Source: an uncultured Spirochaetota bacterium (GTDB taxonomy: Bacteria > Spirochaetota > Brevinematia > Brevinematales > JAOACQ01). Taken from it: a stretch of DNA of 64,000 nt. Position 1 is the stretch's first letter. Every line of letters starts with the position of its first letter. Made by a program: the position numbers and the translations under genes. The stretch is taken from positions 1,981,548 through 2,045,547 of the forward strand of contig CAWIGG010000002.1 in NCBI GenBank assembly GCA_963835575.1, read 5' to 3'. The notes under the pieces were generated by a model. The model saw nothing but the letters and a program-made list of their open reading frames with translations. It was not told the DNA's origin and did not search any database. Positions 50,391-60,673 of the stretch are shown one piece after another.

Positions 50391-50968
50391 GAAAGCCGGC
50401 AGATTTAAAAGCGATTAAAGCTTATGCTAAAATACTCCTTGGATACAACCGAATCCGCACGGCCTTTTGTTTTTAAAAATTTTGTAATGTTGGGTTGTTT
50501 GAATAAAAGCGAAGTTTTAAAGTATAAGTCAAAAGCGGGTTATAGGAGAATATTTCTTTGATTTCCGGGGTTCTACCGACACTCTTTTTGATTAATCCTG
50601 ATGAAATATTCAATTAAGGTTTTAAATCTACAAAAGTTTATTATACCGATATTGATTATTTGTTATTATAAGTGTAATACCGCTCCTGTTAATTCCGACT
50701 TTATTATAAGCTTTCTGATAATCTTAAAGAATCTTGTTATAGATTTCCTTTTTTGTTAAAATATCGTGCGGATTAAAATGGTTTGTAACAGAATGCCGGC
50801 CATCGCTTAACAGCGGCTAAAACGCTGCGGTACTCGCCGTTGCGACGGCTCCGTTCCTCGGGTTCGCCCTGCCGTGGGTAGGACGGTGAAGAAGGACGCA
50901 GGGCTCACCAAACCGCTTCGCCTACAGCGGAGCTGTACGGCTCAGCGGCTTCGTTTAGCCGCGAAACG
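50385..50968 (+). other. Cassette 4, ORF-less 584-bp unit, copy 2 (diverged)
   Basis: Same length as copy 1 with scattered substitutions. Confidence 0.85.
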
Positions 50969-50974
50969 TTAAAC
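50805..50974 (+). repeat. attC 4 (170 bp, class A)
   Basis: R'' GCTTAAC ... R' GTTAAAC. Confidence 0.88.
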
Positions 50975-51000
50975 GCAATTTCACCAGCAGGAGTTATGAT

Positions 51001-51897
51001 ATGAATAGAATATTAATACTTTTTATTATTATTATTTTCACAAGTTGTTCTACAAAAATTGTTCGATTTTATCCTGATCAAATATGCAAAGTAACAGCTT
51101 CTTCATCATTCGTAAGAGAAAAACCTAATATAAAGTCCAAAATACTTTTACAATTAAATCATGGAAGCTTGTTAACTGATTTGTTTTTAACTAATATTAT
51201 TTCTAAAATTGAAAATCACCAAAACTATTGGTATAAGATTACTCTTGATGATAGTTCCACTGGTTATATTTTCGGTGGATTTTTAGAACCAGTTCAATTT
51301 AATTCTAATTTTATTAATAATAGAGAGATAATTTTAAAATCAATTATATCAAAATATGATAATGGTTATGAGGCAGCAAAAGCTATTGAAAAATATCAAT
51401 TATCAAACCAATCAGATTTTTTTAATCGAAATAATAATGGGTTAGCTATCAATTTAATTAATGAAAAGAAGCTTTATTATCCAAATAATGATGATGAAAA
51501 AGGAGATCACTATTGTTATTATGATTTTCTTAATGATATAGGCTATTATCTAGTAGAAGATATTTATTATGAAGGTGGTGATTTTTTGTTAATTAATTTT
51601 AGAAATGGATTTTCAAAGAAGATTAATAACATACCATTATTTTCTCCAAATACTAATAGATTTTTAATTGCTTCTTATGGTGTATATTCAATAAATCATA
51701 CTGAAATTTGGAAAATTAACAAAACCAATTTTGAAAAAGAATGTGAATTATTACAAGACTCAAGAGATGATTCTGAAATAAGAGAAGTAAAATGGATTAA
51801 TAATGAAAAGATTATCATTACTAAATTATCGAGTGAAACTAAAAGTCCGATTAACTATACAATTATATTTTCGAATAACAATTGGCTAGTTCTATAA
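51001..51897 (+). CDS. Lipoprotein with an SH3-like domain (cassette 5)
   Basis: Lipobox FTSC; VREKPN, WYKITLDDSSTGYIFGGFL. Confidence 0.75.
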   Translation: MNRILILFIIIIFTSCSTKIVRFYPDQICKVTASSSFVREKPNIKSKILLQLNHGSLLTDLFLTNIISKIENHQNYWYKITLDDSSTGYIFGGFLEPVQFNSNFINNREIILKSIISKYDNGYEAAKAIEKYQLSNQSDFFNRNNNGLAINLINEKKLYYPNNDDEKGDHYCYYDFLNDIGYYLVEDIYYEGGDFLLINFRNGFSKKINNIPLFSPNTNRFLIASYGVYSINHTEIWKINKTNFEKECELLQDSRDDSEIREVKWINNEKIIITKLSSETKSPINYTIIFSNNNWLVL

Positions 51898-51915
51898 AAC
51901 TGCTGGCGAAACTGC

Positions 51916-52138
51916 GTTTAACACGGCATACACGTTCCGCTCCGTGCTCGTAAACTGCGCGCGGTGCTCAGGCTTCGCCACATTTCGCTTTGGCACGGAT
52001 TTTTGCCTGTAATTTCTTTAAAGAGGGAATCTTATGTTCAAAAATGATAGTATTTATAGTAAAGCTTTACAGCAAGATGGCAAAAACACGTGCCAACCCT
52101 GACGGGCCGCGAAACGTCGTGTATGCCTGCCGTTAAGC
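51916..52138 (+). repeat. attC 5 (223 bp, class B with a ~70-bp insert)
   Basis: R'' GTTTAAC ... R' GTTAAGC; AT-rich insert at about 52007-52078. Confidence 0.8.
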
Positions 52139-52716
52139 GAAAGCCGGCAGATTTTAATGCGATTAAAGCTTGTTTTAAAATACTCCCTGGATACAACCGA
52201 ATCCGCACGGCCTTTTGTTTTTAAAAATTTTGTAATGTTGGGTTGTTTGAATAAAAGCGAAGTTTTATAGTATAAGTCAAAAGCGGATTATAGGAGAATA
52301 TTTCTTTGATTCCCGGGGTTCTACCGACACTCTTTTTGATTAATCCTGATGAAATATTCAATTAAGGTTTTAAATCTACAAAAGTTTATTATACCGATAT
52401 TGATTATTTGTTATTATAAGTGTAATACCGCTTTTGTTAATTCCGACTTTATTATAAGCTTTCTAATAATCTTAAAGAATCTTGTTATAGAATTCCTTTT
52501 TTGTTAAAATATCGTGCGGATTAAATTGGTTTGTAACAGAATGCCGGCCATCGCTTAACAGCGGCTAAAACGCTGCGGTACTCGCCGTTGCGACGGCTCC
52601 GTTCCTCGGGCTCGCCCTGCCGTGGGTAGGACGGTGAAGAAGGACGCAGGGCTCACCAAACCGCTTCGCCTACAGCGGAGCTGTACGGCTCAGCGGCTTC
52701 GTTTAGCCGCAAAACG
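52133..52716 (+). other. Cassette 6, ORF-less 584-bp unit, copy 3
   Basis: Appears identical to copy 1 by eye. Confidence 0.85.
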
Positions 52717-52722
52717 TTGTAC
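52553..52722 (+). repeat. attC 6 (170 bp, class A)
   Basis: R'' GCTTAAC ... R' GTTGTAC. Confidence 0.88.
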
Positions 52723-52765
52723 GAAATTGTGGTGCAGCTAATTATTAAATAATAAGGAAATATTA

Positions 52766-53269
52766 ATGAATCTGGTTAAGATTAGACCTCAAAGAACCAC
52801 TGACGCAAAAAGATTTTTTGAAATTCTTAATAATAATAATATGATTTATTTCGGAGTTAGACCTTCTTCTTTTGAAGATGAAAAGGAATTTTTATTATTA
52901 AATTCAAATAAAAGGAAAAATAATTTTGAACATAATTATACTATTTTATATGATAGTATAATTGTTGGTGCAATTAGTATTGTAATAAACCAGCATTTAA
53001 AATACATAGGTGAAATAGGCTATTTTATTGATGAAATATATTGGAATAAGGGTATAGCAACTGAAGCCGTAAAATTGATCGAAAATATTGGATTCAATGA
53101 TTTAAATCTTGAACGTATTGAAATAGTTACGATTCCAGAAAATATTGGAAGTTTAAAGGTAGCAGAAAAATGTAATTATCAAAAGGAAGGATTATTAAGA
53201 AAAAGATTAAATCTATTTGGTAAATATTACAATGCATATCTTTATGCTAAAATAAAAGATGATTTATAA
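52766..53269 (+). CDS. RimJ/RimL-type GNAT acetyltransferase (cassette 7)
   Basis: GEIGYFIDEIYWNKGIATEAV, ENIGSLKVAEK, EGLLR. Confidence 0.88.
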   Translation: MNLVKIRPQRTTDAKRFFEILNNNNMIYFGVRPSSFEDEKEFLLLNSNKRKNNFEHNYTILYDSIIVGAISIVINQHLKYIGEIGYFIDEIYWNKGIATEAVKLIENIGFNDLNLERIEIVTIPENIGSLKVAEKCNYQKEGLLRKRLNLFGKYYNAYLYAKIKDDL

Positions 53270-53287
53270 TATATGCACCACAAATTC

Positions 53288-53467
53288 GTACAACAGCGGC
53301 TCAAACGCTGCGCTCCTCGGCCTCCGCTCAGTCGCTGCGGCCTGCGGTGCTCGGGTTCGCCCTGCCGCAGGTAGGACAGAGAAGAAAAACGCAGGGCTCA
53401 CCAAACCGCTTCGCCTACAGCGGAGCTGTACGGCTCAACGGCTTCGTTTAGCCGCGAAACGTTGTGC
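53288..53467 (+). repeat. attC 7 (180 bp, class A)
   Basis: R'' GTACAAC ... R' GTTGTGC. Confidence 0.87.
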
Positions 53468-54816
53468 GAAAGGCTTGGCAATTTTATAATTGAAATTAGT
53501 TCGGCGTCCTGCCGAACTTTAAGTAATATGAGGAGGAATTTTAAAAATGAAGAGAAGTATCGGAATAATCTTTTTACTTATCATTATCAGTATGCCATTA
53601 CAAATGTCTGGATCTATTTACACAGATTATAATGCTTTCGGTTTAACGGAAGCTTTTCGAAATGATGATACTAATTATGTCATGGGTTATATTCAAAATA
53701 TTGGCCTTTATAGCGTAGATATACAGGGCATGACAAATTCTCTTCTTTGTGAAGCTTCACAATATGATTGTACTAATTCCATTAAAGAAATAATCAAAGC
53801 AAAAGCTAATTTGAATGAGAAAAATATTTGGGGCTATGCACCGATAGATTATACCGTTTTAAGAAATAAAACTGAAAATTTAAAGATTTTAATAGATTAT
53901 AAGGCAGATATAAATATTAAAGATATTTATGGAAATACACCTTTAATGGAAGCAGTTATAGATGGAAATTTGAAAATAATAAAACTTTTGCTTGATTCAG
54001 GAGCTGATGTCAATATAAAAGATAAAGATAATAAAACAGTGTTATATTATGCAAAATCTGATGAAGTTAAGAATCTTCTAAAGAATTATTCAAAATCTAA
54101 AGATACAATAAATTTTTCTAAAAATAATGAAATATTATCAGAGAACAACCCTACAAACAAAATATTAAATCAATTATTCACACAAGTTAAAGAAGCCGAA
54201 GTAAATAATGAGTTAAAAAAAGCGAGTTTTTGTCAAATGTTGTGTATGACATACCCTCTCATTTTTTTATGCTGCCTTTTTTACAAGCTCTCCGTTCTCA
54301 AAAACAGCGCCTTCCAATACAAGGCAAATCTTTTCATAACCTCTTAATTTTCTCCATCGCCTGGATGCCTTATCCAGTAATTTATAGACCATTATTAGAA
54401 TCGTTTCCCTGGTTCCGCAGCCTCTCATCTTTTTAGTTCTTAATCGAACTGTAGAGAAGGTAGATTCTATTACGTTTGTCGTACGGATATGTACCCAATG
54501 TTCCGCCGGACAGTTATAAAATTCGATCATAAGCTCCCAATCCTTTTCTAAACATTCGACAGCTGCTGGATATTTAGGATTAAAAACCGCCTGGAATAAT
54601 TCAAAAGCTTTGATAGCATTATCCTTATCAGGAGTGGAAAATCCGGACGAAACATGCCGGGGTTCCGGGTGAAACATGCCACCCAATCCGTGTGAAACAT
54701 GCCGGGTAATCCGGATGAAATGTTACCACCTACCATAAGAAAAAGCGAATCAAACACGAAGAATTCCTCCGAGAATGTTAAGCTAATCCTTCTTGAAAAA
54801 ATAAGAAGGAGTTGGT

Positions 54817-56373
54817 ATGCCGAACAGGAGGAAGCCTATGAAGAAAATCCGGGAAGTGATCCGGATGATCAAAGAAAACGGCCTGAGCTGCCGTGTGACA
54901 TCAAAGGCCCTGGATATTTCCAGGCCAACCGTGCAAAGATATATATCCAGGTTTGAAAAAAGCGGCCTAACCATCGCGGAAATTTATGAAATGAGCGATT
55001 CTGCTTTAATTGAAATTTTCGAATCGATGGCAGAAGGTGACAGTCAGGAAGAAACCGAAAAGGATAATCTGTACAATGAATTCCCCGAATACAGTAAGGA
55101 ACTACTGCGTACAGGCGTCAATCTGAGATTGCTTTGGGAAGAATACCTGAGAAAATATCCAGGAGGCTATCGCTATTCTCAATTCTGCTATCACTACGGC
55201 ATCTGGAAAGGTTCTCTTGAAATATCCATGCACCAGGAATACAAGGCCGGAGACAAGCTTTTTGTTGATTTTACCGGCGCGAAATTTCCGATTGTAGACC
55301 GTTCCACAGGAGAAGTTATAGAGAAAGAGGTATTCGTAGCCATTCTTGGAGCAAGCCAGTATACATATGTGGAAGCGACGGATAGCCAGAAGAAAGAAGA
55401 CTTAATCAGGGCTATCGAGAACGCGTTGTATTACTTCGGAGGATCACCAAGAGCCATAATACCCGATTGTTTAAAAAGCGCTGTAACGTTGGGCAATAAA
55501 TATGAACCTGCAATTAATTCTGAATTTCAGAATTTTTGCAGACATTATTCTATGTGTCCCCTCCCTGCAAGACCATATAAACCGCGAGATAAAGCACACG
55601 TTGAAAACGCCGTAAAAATCACCTACAGCTGGATATTTGCCGTTCTCAGGAATAGAGTTTTTTATACTCTGGGAGAATTGAATATTGCTATACGGGAACA
55701 ATTGGGAATCTATAATTCAAAGAAGATGCAGAAGCTCAAAGTCAGCAGGCGGGAATTTTTCGAGGAAACAGAACGGAAAGAGTTAAAACCGCTTCCGAAG
55801 GAAAGATACAGTTTTAAAAGCTTCTCAAAAGCTAAGATCCAATTCAACTATCATGTCTGTCTCAAAGAAGATTCTCATTACTACAGCGTTCCATATCGAT
55901 ATAGAGGCAAAATGGCAGATATTGTTACTTCCGATCGGACAGTGGAAATATTTGTTGATAATATCCGCATTGCAGCCTATCCACGGGACCGTAGAAAGCA
56001 AGTTTATACAACCACACATGAACATATGCCGCCCCATCACAGGTGGGTCGGAGACTGGAATCCGGAGAAGTTAACACATTGGGGTAAGTCGCTTGGTCCG
56101 GATGTTGAAGAAATGATAAAGAGAGTCCTGCAAAGCAGGGATTATCCAGAACAGGCATATAAGGTCTGTCTGGGCATCTTAAGCCTGGCCAAAAAACTCG
56201 GAAAAGAAAGGCTCGATAAAGCCTGTAAACGGGCGCTTGATTTTCAGTATTATTCATATCAGGGAATAAAGCGGATTCTGGAGAAAGGCCTGGATAATTT
56301 TGAGGAAGAATCGGTACTGTTTCCGGCCGTTAAGATGCATGAAAATATCCGCGGAAGAGAATATTTTGAATAG
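54817..56373 (+). CDS. istA: IS21 transposase IstA
   Basis: N-terminal HTH, LFVDFTG, IIPDCLKSAV, PRDKAHVE, YYSVPY. Confidence 0.93.
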   Translation: MPNRRKPMKKIREVIRMIKENGLSCRVTSKALDISRPTVQRYISRFEKSGLTIAEIYEMSDSALIEIFESMAEGDSQEETEKDNLYNEFPEYSKELLRTGVNLRLLWEEYLRKYPGGYRYSQFCYHYGIWKGSLEISMHQEYKAGDKLFVDFTGAKFPIVDRSTGEVIEKEVFVAILGASQYTYVEATDSQKKEDLIRAIENALYYFGGSPRAIIPDCLKSAVTLGNKYEPAINSEFQNFCRHYSMCPLPARPYKPRDKAHVENAVKITYSWIFAVLRNRVFYTLGELNIAIREQLGIYNSKKMQKLKVSRREFFEETERKELKPLPKERYSFKSFSKAKIQFNYHVCLKEDSHYYSVPYRYRGKMADIVTSDRTVEIFVDNIRIAAYPRDRRKQVYTTTHEHMPPHHRWVGDWNPEKLTHWGKSLGPDVEEMIKRVLQSRDYPEQAYKVCLGILSLAKKLGKERLDKACKRALDFQYYSYQGIKRILEKGLDNFEEESVLFPAVKMHENIRGREYFE

Positions 56374-56385
56374 GAGGAACTGAAT

Positions 56386-57129
56386 ATGACCAATGAAGCA
56401 ACTATTGAAAAAATGCAGAAGATGAAACTGCATGGGATGTCCAGGGCGTTTGAGGATATCATTGCCGGTAAAACGCCTGACGGCCTGACTGCCGATGAAA
56501 CAATTGCGCATCTTGTGGATTCGGAATGGGACGAAAGGTATAATCGGAAACTGTCATCTTTAATCAAAAGAGGGCGTTTCAGATATCAGGCTGGTCTGGA
56601 GAATCTTTCTTACCGTGCGGATAGAGAACTGGATAAAAATCTGATATTGAGGCTTTCGAATTGTGATTGGATACGAAAGAAAGAAAATATGATTATTACA
56701 GGCGCTACCGGCAGCGGGAAAAGCTATCTTGCATCAGCTTTCGGTAATCAGGCTTGCCGGCAGGGCTACAGGACCCTTTATTTCAACTGTTTGAAGATTT
56801 TTACCCGGTTAAAATTCGCAAAAGCGGAAGGTAGTTACTCAAAAGAAATGAATTTTATCCAGAAGCAGGATTTATTGATACTGGATGATTTTGGTCTTGA
56901 AATTCTTGATACACCCTCAAGATTGTCTCTTCTGGAAATGCTTGAGGACCGGCATGGTAAAAACTCTACTTTGATAACTTCTCAGCTGCCGGTAAAAGAT
57001 TGGTTTGAAAAAATCGGTGATCCTACGATAGCTGACGCAATCTGTGACAGGATAAATCATTCTGCTATTAAAATCGAATTGAAGGGGGTTGATTCTATGC
57101 GTAAAATTTATGCTAAAGATTCTGGATGA
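56386..57129 (+). CDS. istB: IS21 ATP-binding helper IstB
   Basis: Walker A GATGSGKS, Walker B LLILDDFG, ADAICDR. Confidence 0.93.
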   Translation: MTNEATIEKMQKMKLHGMSRAFEDIIAGKTPDGLTADETIAHLVDSEWDERYNRKLSSLIKRGRFRYQAGLENLSYRADRELDKNLILRLSNCDWIRKKENMIITGATGSGKSYLASAFGNQACRQGYRTLYFNCLKIFTRLKFAKAEGSYSKEMNFIQKQDLLILDDFGLEILDTPSRLSLLEMLEDRHGKNSTLITSQLPVKDWFEKIGDPTIADAICDRINHSAIKIELKGVDSMRKIYAKDSG

Positions 57130-58701
57130 AACATGCCACCTGCCTTAAAATGTTTTGGGAATTTTAGTGTTTTGAAAAGTGGTAACATTTCGCCCGGAAC
57201 CCCGGCACATTTCACCGGAATACGCAAGGAGCATTGCATATCTCATGAAGCATCTCTTTTGCCTTTGACTGTAATACTTTGGGCAGCTTGTTTAGAATGT
57301 TCTTTATCTTATGAACCCAGCATCTCTGCCATCTGGATTCAGGATATACTTCTTTGGCTGCTTTCCAGAATCCAAGGCTTCCGTCTCCGATAAAAAGAAT
57401 AGGACCTTTCAAACCTTTTTCTTTTAGGTTTCTTAATATCCCTAACCAAGTCTCGGAATTCTCTCTGTAACCTTCTTCAACAAGAATAATCTCCTTTTCA
57501 CCATTCTCATTGGCTCCGATCATTACAAGAGTGCATAAACGGTCTTCGCTGCCCTGTACATTGAAGTAAATGCCGTCAACCCATATATAGCAATACTTTT
57601 TATCGCTTAAATCGGATGTCCGCCACTCATCATATTCTTTACCCCATCCTTGTTTCATTCTGCTTATACTTGAGGCTGATAATCCTTTCGCTTCTTCACC
57701 AAGCAATCCTCTCAAGGCATTCTCCATATCCATCTCTGAGACTCCATAGAGATACAACAATGGAATGGCTTCCTCAATTCTCAGGCTTTTTCTCATATAC
57801 GGCGGTACTATTAGGCTTTGAAAATTGTCGCCTCCGAGTCGGTTCCTTGTTCTCGGAATACATACATCAATAGCCCCTCCACCAATGAGAATCTGACGGG
57901 CTTTATGATACCCATTTCTTACTATTGCCTTTCTCCCGTCTTCGATAGTTAAATGCTCTCTCTCCTGAAGAAACCCATTAATTTCATCTTCCAGAGCCTT
58001 CTTGATTATTTCCCTGGCCCCGATCCTTGCCAATTCTTCAAGACATAAAAATTCTACTGTTTCATCTTGATTAAAAGCCTGTAAGAGCTTAAAATCTTCG
58101 TTGTGCTTCGGCATATGGCGTATTCCTCCTTTTGTTTATTGTCGTAAATAAATTATAGAGGGTACGCCATCTTTTTTATAATATTTATTCCTATACACAA
58201 CTTTCTATTATAACTCAAAAAAGCATACCCATTATATATAGAAATTGCCAGGATATACTATAAAAATAATGCTTTTACAAATTCTTTAAAATACTATAAA
58301 AAAGGAAATTGGGAAATAGATAAAATTGATTCTTTAATTAATGATTATATTGCTGGAGATATAGATAAATATGAATTCAATGACTCCCTTCCAAAAAAGG
58401 AACCAAAAAAATATTTTGAAGGGTTAAGAGCTTTAAGGAAAGCTGTTGTAGTGATCATTAAAGAAAATGAAGAACAAATAAACATTAGCCTTTCTAAAAA
58501 AGACTCAACACTTGATGAAAGTTTAAATAAAAGATTAAATAACACTCATGACTCAATAATCCAAATATGTACTAAAAATATTGAGGTTTTAAATAAGAAA
58601 GTTACCGTCATTGATACTCTTTTAGATAAATACGCAAGCAAATGACGAACTTTTCAAACGGCATCCGTGCCGTTTTTATACCGACGATTGCCAAGCCCAT
58701 C

Positions 58702-58855
58702 GCACAACAAGGCATAGCTGCTCCGCTCCGTGCTCGCAAGCTGCGCGCGGTGCTCGGCCTGCGGCACATTTGCCTTTGTCACGTTTTTTGAGGCGTCAAA
58801 AAACGCGCCAATCGCTGACGCGACCGGCAAACGTCAGCTATGCCGACCGTTATAT
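58702..58855 (+). repeat. attC 8 (154 bp, class B)
   Basis: R'' GCACAAC ... R' GTTATAT. Confidence 0.85.
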
Positions 58856-58868
58856 GCAATTGCACGAG

Positions 58869-60180
58869 TGTGAAATCAGGACATAGGTAACACTTTCCAG
58901 GTATAATTAGGTCAGATCTCATTAAGGAGGCTGACAATGCCCTGGAAGGAGGTTAATATCATGAAGCTGAAATTAGCTTTTATTGAAAAGTCATTCCAAA
59001 AAGGTGTGAACTTTACCGAGCTTTGTACTGAATATGGGATCAGCACAAAAACCGGTTATAAGTGGAAAGAAAGGTTTTATGAAGAAGGGTTGTCCGGTCT
59101 TCAAGAAAAATCTAGGAAACCGCTTTCAAGCCCTAATCAACTTTCTGAAGAAATAATCTGCGAGATCATCCGTATCAAGCAAACGAAGCAGAATTGGGGA
59201 CCTAAGAAAATCAGGTCGGTTTATGTCAGGAACCACCCGGATAATAAAATTCCTTCATTAAGCACTGTCGAAAGGATATTGAAAAAGGCCGGATTTGTAG
59301 AATTAAGGAAAAGAAGACGACACATACATCCGGAAAGAATACAGAACAGGGTAGCACCGAAAAAACCAAATGATATCTGGACAGTGGATTTCAAAGGCTG
59401 GTGGTATACCTCCGAGCAGGAAAGATGCGAACCACTTACAGTACGTGATGATTATTCCAAATATATTTTATCCATAGCCATACTGCAAAAAGGTGATATT
59501 AGTTCCGTCAAATTTGAATTTGACAGACTCTTCAAGCAATATGGATTACCGAGTATGATAAAATCCGATAATGGGCCGCCGTTTGCCAGTACACAGGGTT
59601 TACTTGGTTTAACCAGACTATCAGCATGGTGGTTGTCTCTGGGCATAAAGCTGGACAGAATTGATCCCGGCTCTCCCTATCAGAACGGAGCACATGAAAG
59701 GATGCACCTGGATATGAAAAAGGAACTGGAAAACAAAATCAGCGGTAGCCTGAAGCTGCACCAGGCAGTATTCAACGAATGGAGAAAAGAGTTCAACGAG
59801 GAAAGACCGCATGAAAGCCTTGGAATGAAAACACCAGCAATGGTCTATATAAAATCGGTTAGGAGTTATGATGGGATAGCCGATTGGGTTGTATATCCCA
59901 AGGGATACATCAGCAGAAAGGTTAATAACAGAGGTTACATTTATTATAAAGGTCGGCGTGTATTTATTACAAATGCGTTGGATGGTTATCATATTGGTTT
60001 AAAAAGTAAAAGCAAAGCTTTTATGGATGTGTGGTTTGAAAATAATCTGATAGGTAGTATGGACTTGAATACTTTTATATTTAGGTCTATACTGAAATAG
60101 TAATTCAAGGGCATTTTGTACTCAAAAAGGGTTACCGATGTCCTGAAGCTAAAGTGTAACCTATGTCTTGAAGTCGGACC
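58869..60180 (+). mobile_element. IS481-family element (right end at 60180 or 60186)
   Basis: Left end TGTGAAATCAGGACATAGGTAACACTTT; right end has two inverted copies (GTTACCGATGTCCTGA, GTGTAACCTATGTCTTGA); no TSD. Confidence 0.8.
58937..60100 (+). CDS. IS481-family transposase
   Basis: MPWKE, GISTKTGYKW, WTVDFKG, SDNGPPF, QNGAHERMH, ERPHESL. Confidence 0.9.
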   Translation: MPWKEVNIMKLKLAFIEKSFQKGVNFTELCTEYGISTKTGYKWKERFYEEGLSGLQEKSRKPLSSPNQLSEEIICEIIRIKQTKQNWGPKKIRSVYVRNHPDNKIPSLSTVERILKKAGFVELRKRRRHIHPERIQNRVAPKKPNDIWTVDFKGWWYTSEQERCEPLTVRDDYSKYILSIAILQKGDISSVKFEFDRLFKQYGLPSMIKSDNGPPFASTQGLLGLTRLSAWWLSLGIKLDRIDPGSPYQNGAHERMHLDMKKELENKISGSLKLHQAVFNEWRKEFNEERPHESLGMKTPAMVYIKSVRSYDGIADWVVYPKGYISRKVNNRGYIYYKGRRVFITNALDGYHIGLKSKSKAFMDVWFENNLIGSMDLNTFIFRSILK

Positions 60181-60243
60181 GGCACAGTCTTTGAAATTAA
60201 AACTGTTTTTCATAAGTTAAAATAATATTAAAAGGAGATTTTC

Positions 60244-60630
60244 TTGATTGCTAATAAAATATTGTATGAAGATATTATTAAAAAGATAATATTTATACCA
60301 CGTAAGTTTCATGAACTAAAAAACATATCGACATTTGATTTACTGAAAGATTCTGGTTATTTTCAAAATTTTAAAAATATTTCTAAAAAAAGTATTTATG
60401 ATGTTCTTAAAATAAACTCAGATTGTCTTAATGAATGGATTCTATATTCTGAAGATAAGCGAACAACATCAGGTTATTATTTTTTAAAAGGTTGGCTTTT
60501 TTATATCGTTGGTTATTATGATCCAACTAAGAAAAATAATTATAAAAAATTATTTATAAACAAAATAAAAGCGTGTGCTGATTTTATTAAAGAAGAAATC
60601 GAAGAAACGAGAATTATATTTAAATTTTAA
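60244..60630 (+). CDS. Hypothetical protein (cassette 9)
   Basis: 128-aa AT-rich ORF, TTG start with RBS AAGGAG, ends just before an R'' box. Confidence 0.7.
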   Translation: MIANKILYEDIIKKIIFIPRKFHELKNISTFDLLKDSGYFQNFKNISKKSIYDVLKINSDCLNEWILYSEDKRTTSGYYFLKGWLFYIVGYYDPTKKNNYKKLFINKIKACADFIKEEIEETRIIFKF

Positions 60631-60673
60631 GTTTGCATTTTCTTATAACAATGTGCCCGTAACGGCGTACAAC

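Larger units (their letters stand above)
54635..57226 (+). mobile_element. IS21-family element
   Basis: TG...CA ends with multiple GAAACATGCC-type subterminal repeats; 5-bp TSD AGGAG. Confidence 0.92.
54267..58114 (-). pseudogene. IS256-family transposase split by IS21 (416 aa when rejoined)
   Basis: RNGY, YIWVDGIY, IGDG, QRCWVHK, RTTNVIES; junction ...CNAP|DKDN in frame. Confidence 0.9.
54224..58216 (-). mobile_element. IS256-family element (about 1396 bp) interrupted by IS21
   Basis: IRs GAGTTTTTGTCAAATGTTGTGTA / TACACAACTTTCTATTATAACTC; 8-bp TSD AAAAAAGC. Confidence 0.9.
53547..58645 (+). pseudogene. Secreted ankyrin-repeat protein (365 aa when rejoined) interrupted by IS256 (cassette 8)
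   Basis: GNTPLMEAV..LLLDSGADVN repeats; 53547-54223 joins 58225-58645 in frame. Confidence 0.85.

Noticed and set aside
47095..53489. ORFs 47095-47313, 47259-47474, 49684-49938 and 53259-53489
   Set aside because: They run through GC-rich attC palindromes and lack convincing RBSs; likely spurious
54548..54974. Small ORFs around the IS21 left end
   Set aside because: Artefacts of the terminal repeats and of the split IS256 transposase
58115..58170. Hairpin covering the RBS of the IS256 transposase as a new regulatory RNA
   Set aside because: RBS-sequestering hairpins near IS ends are a common way to block outside transcription, so it is not distinctive
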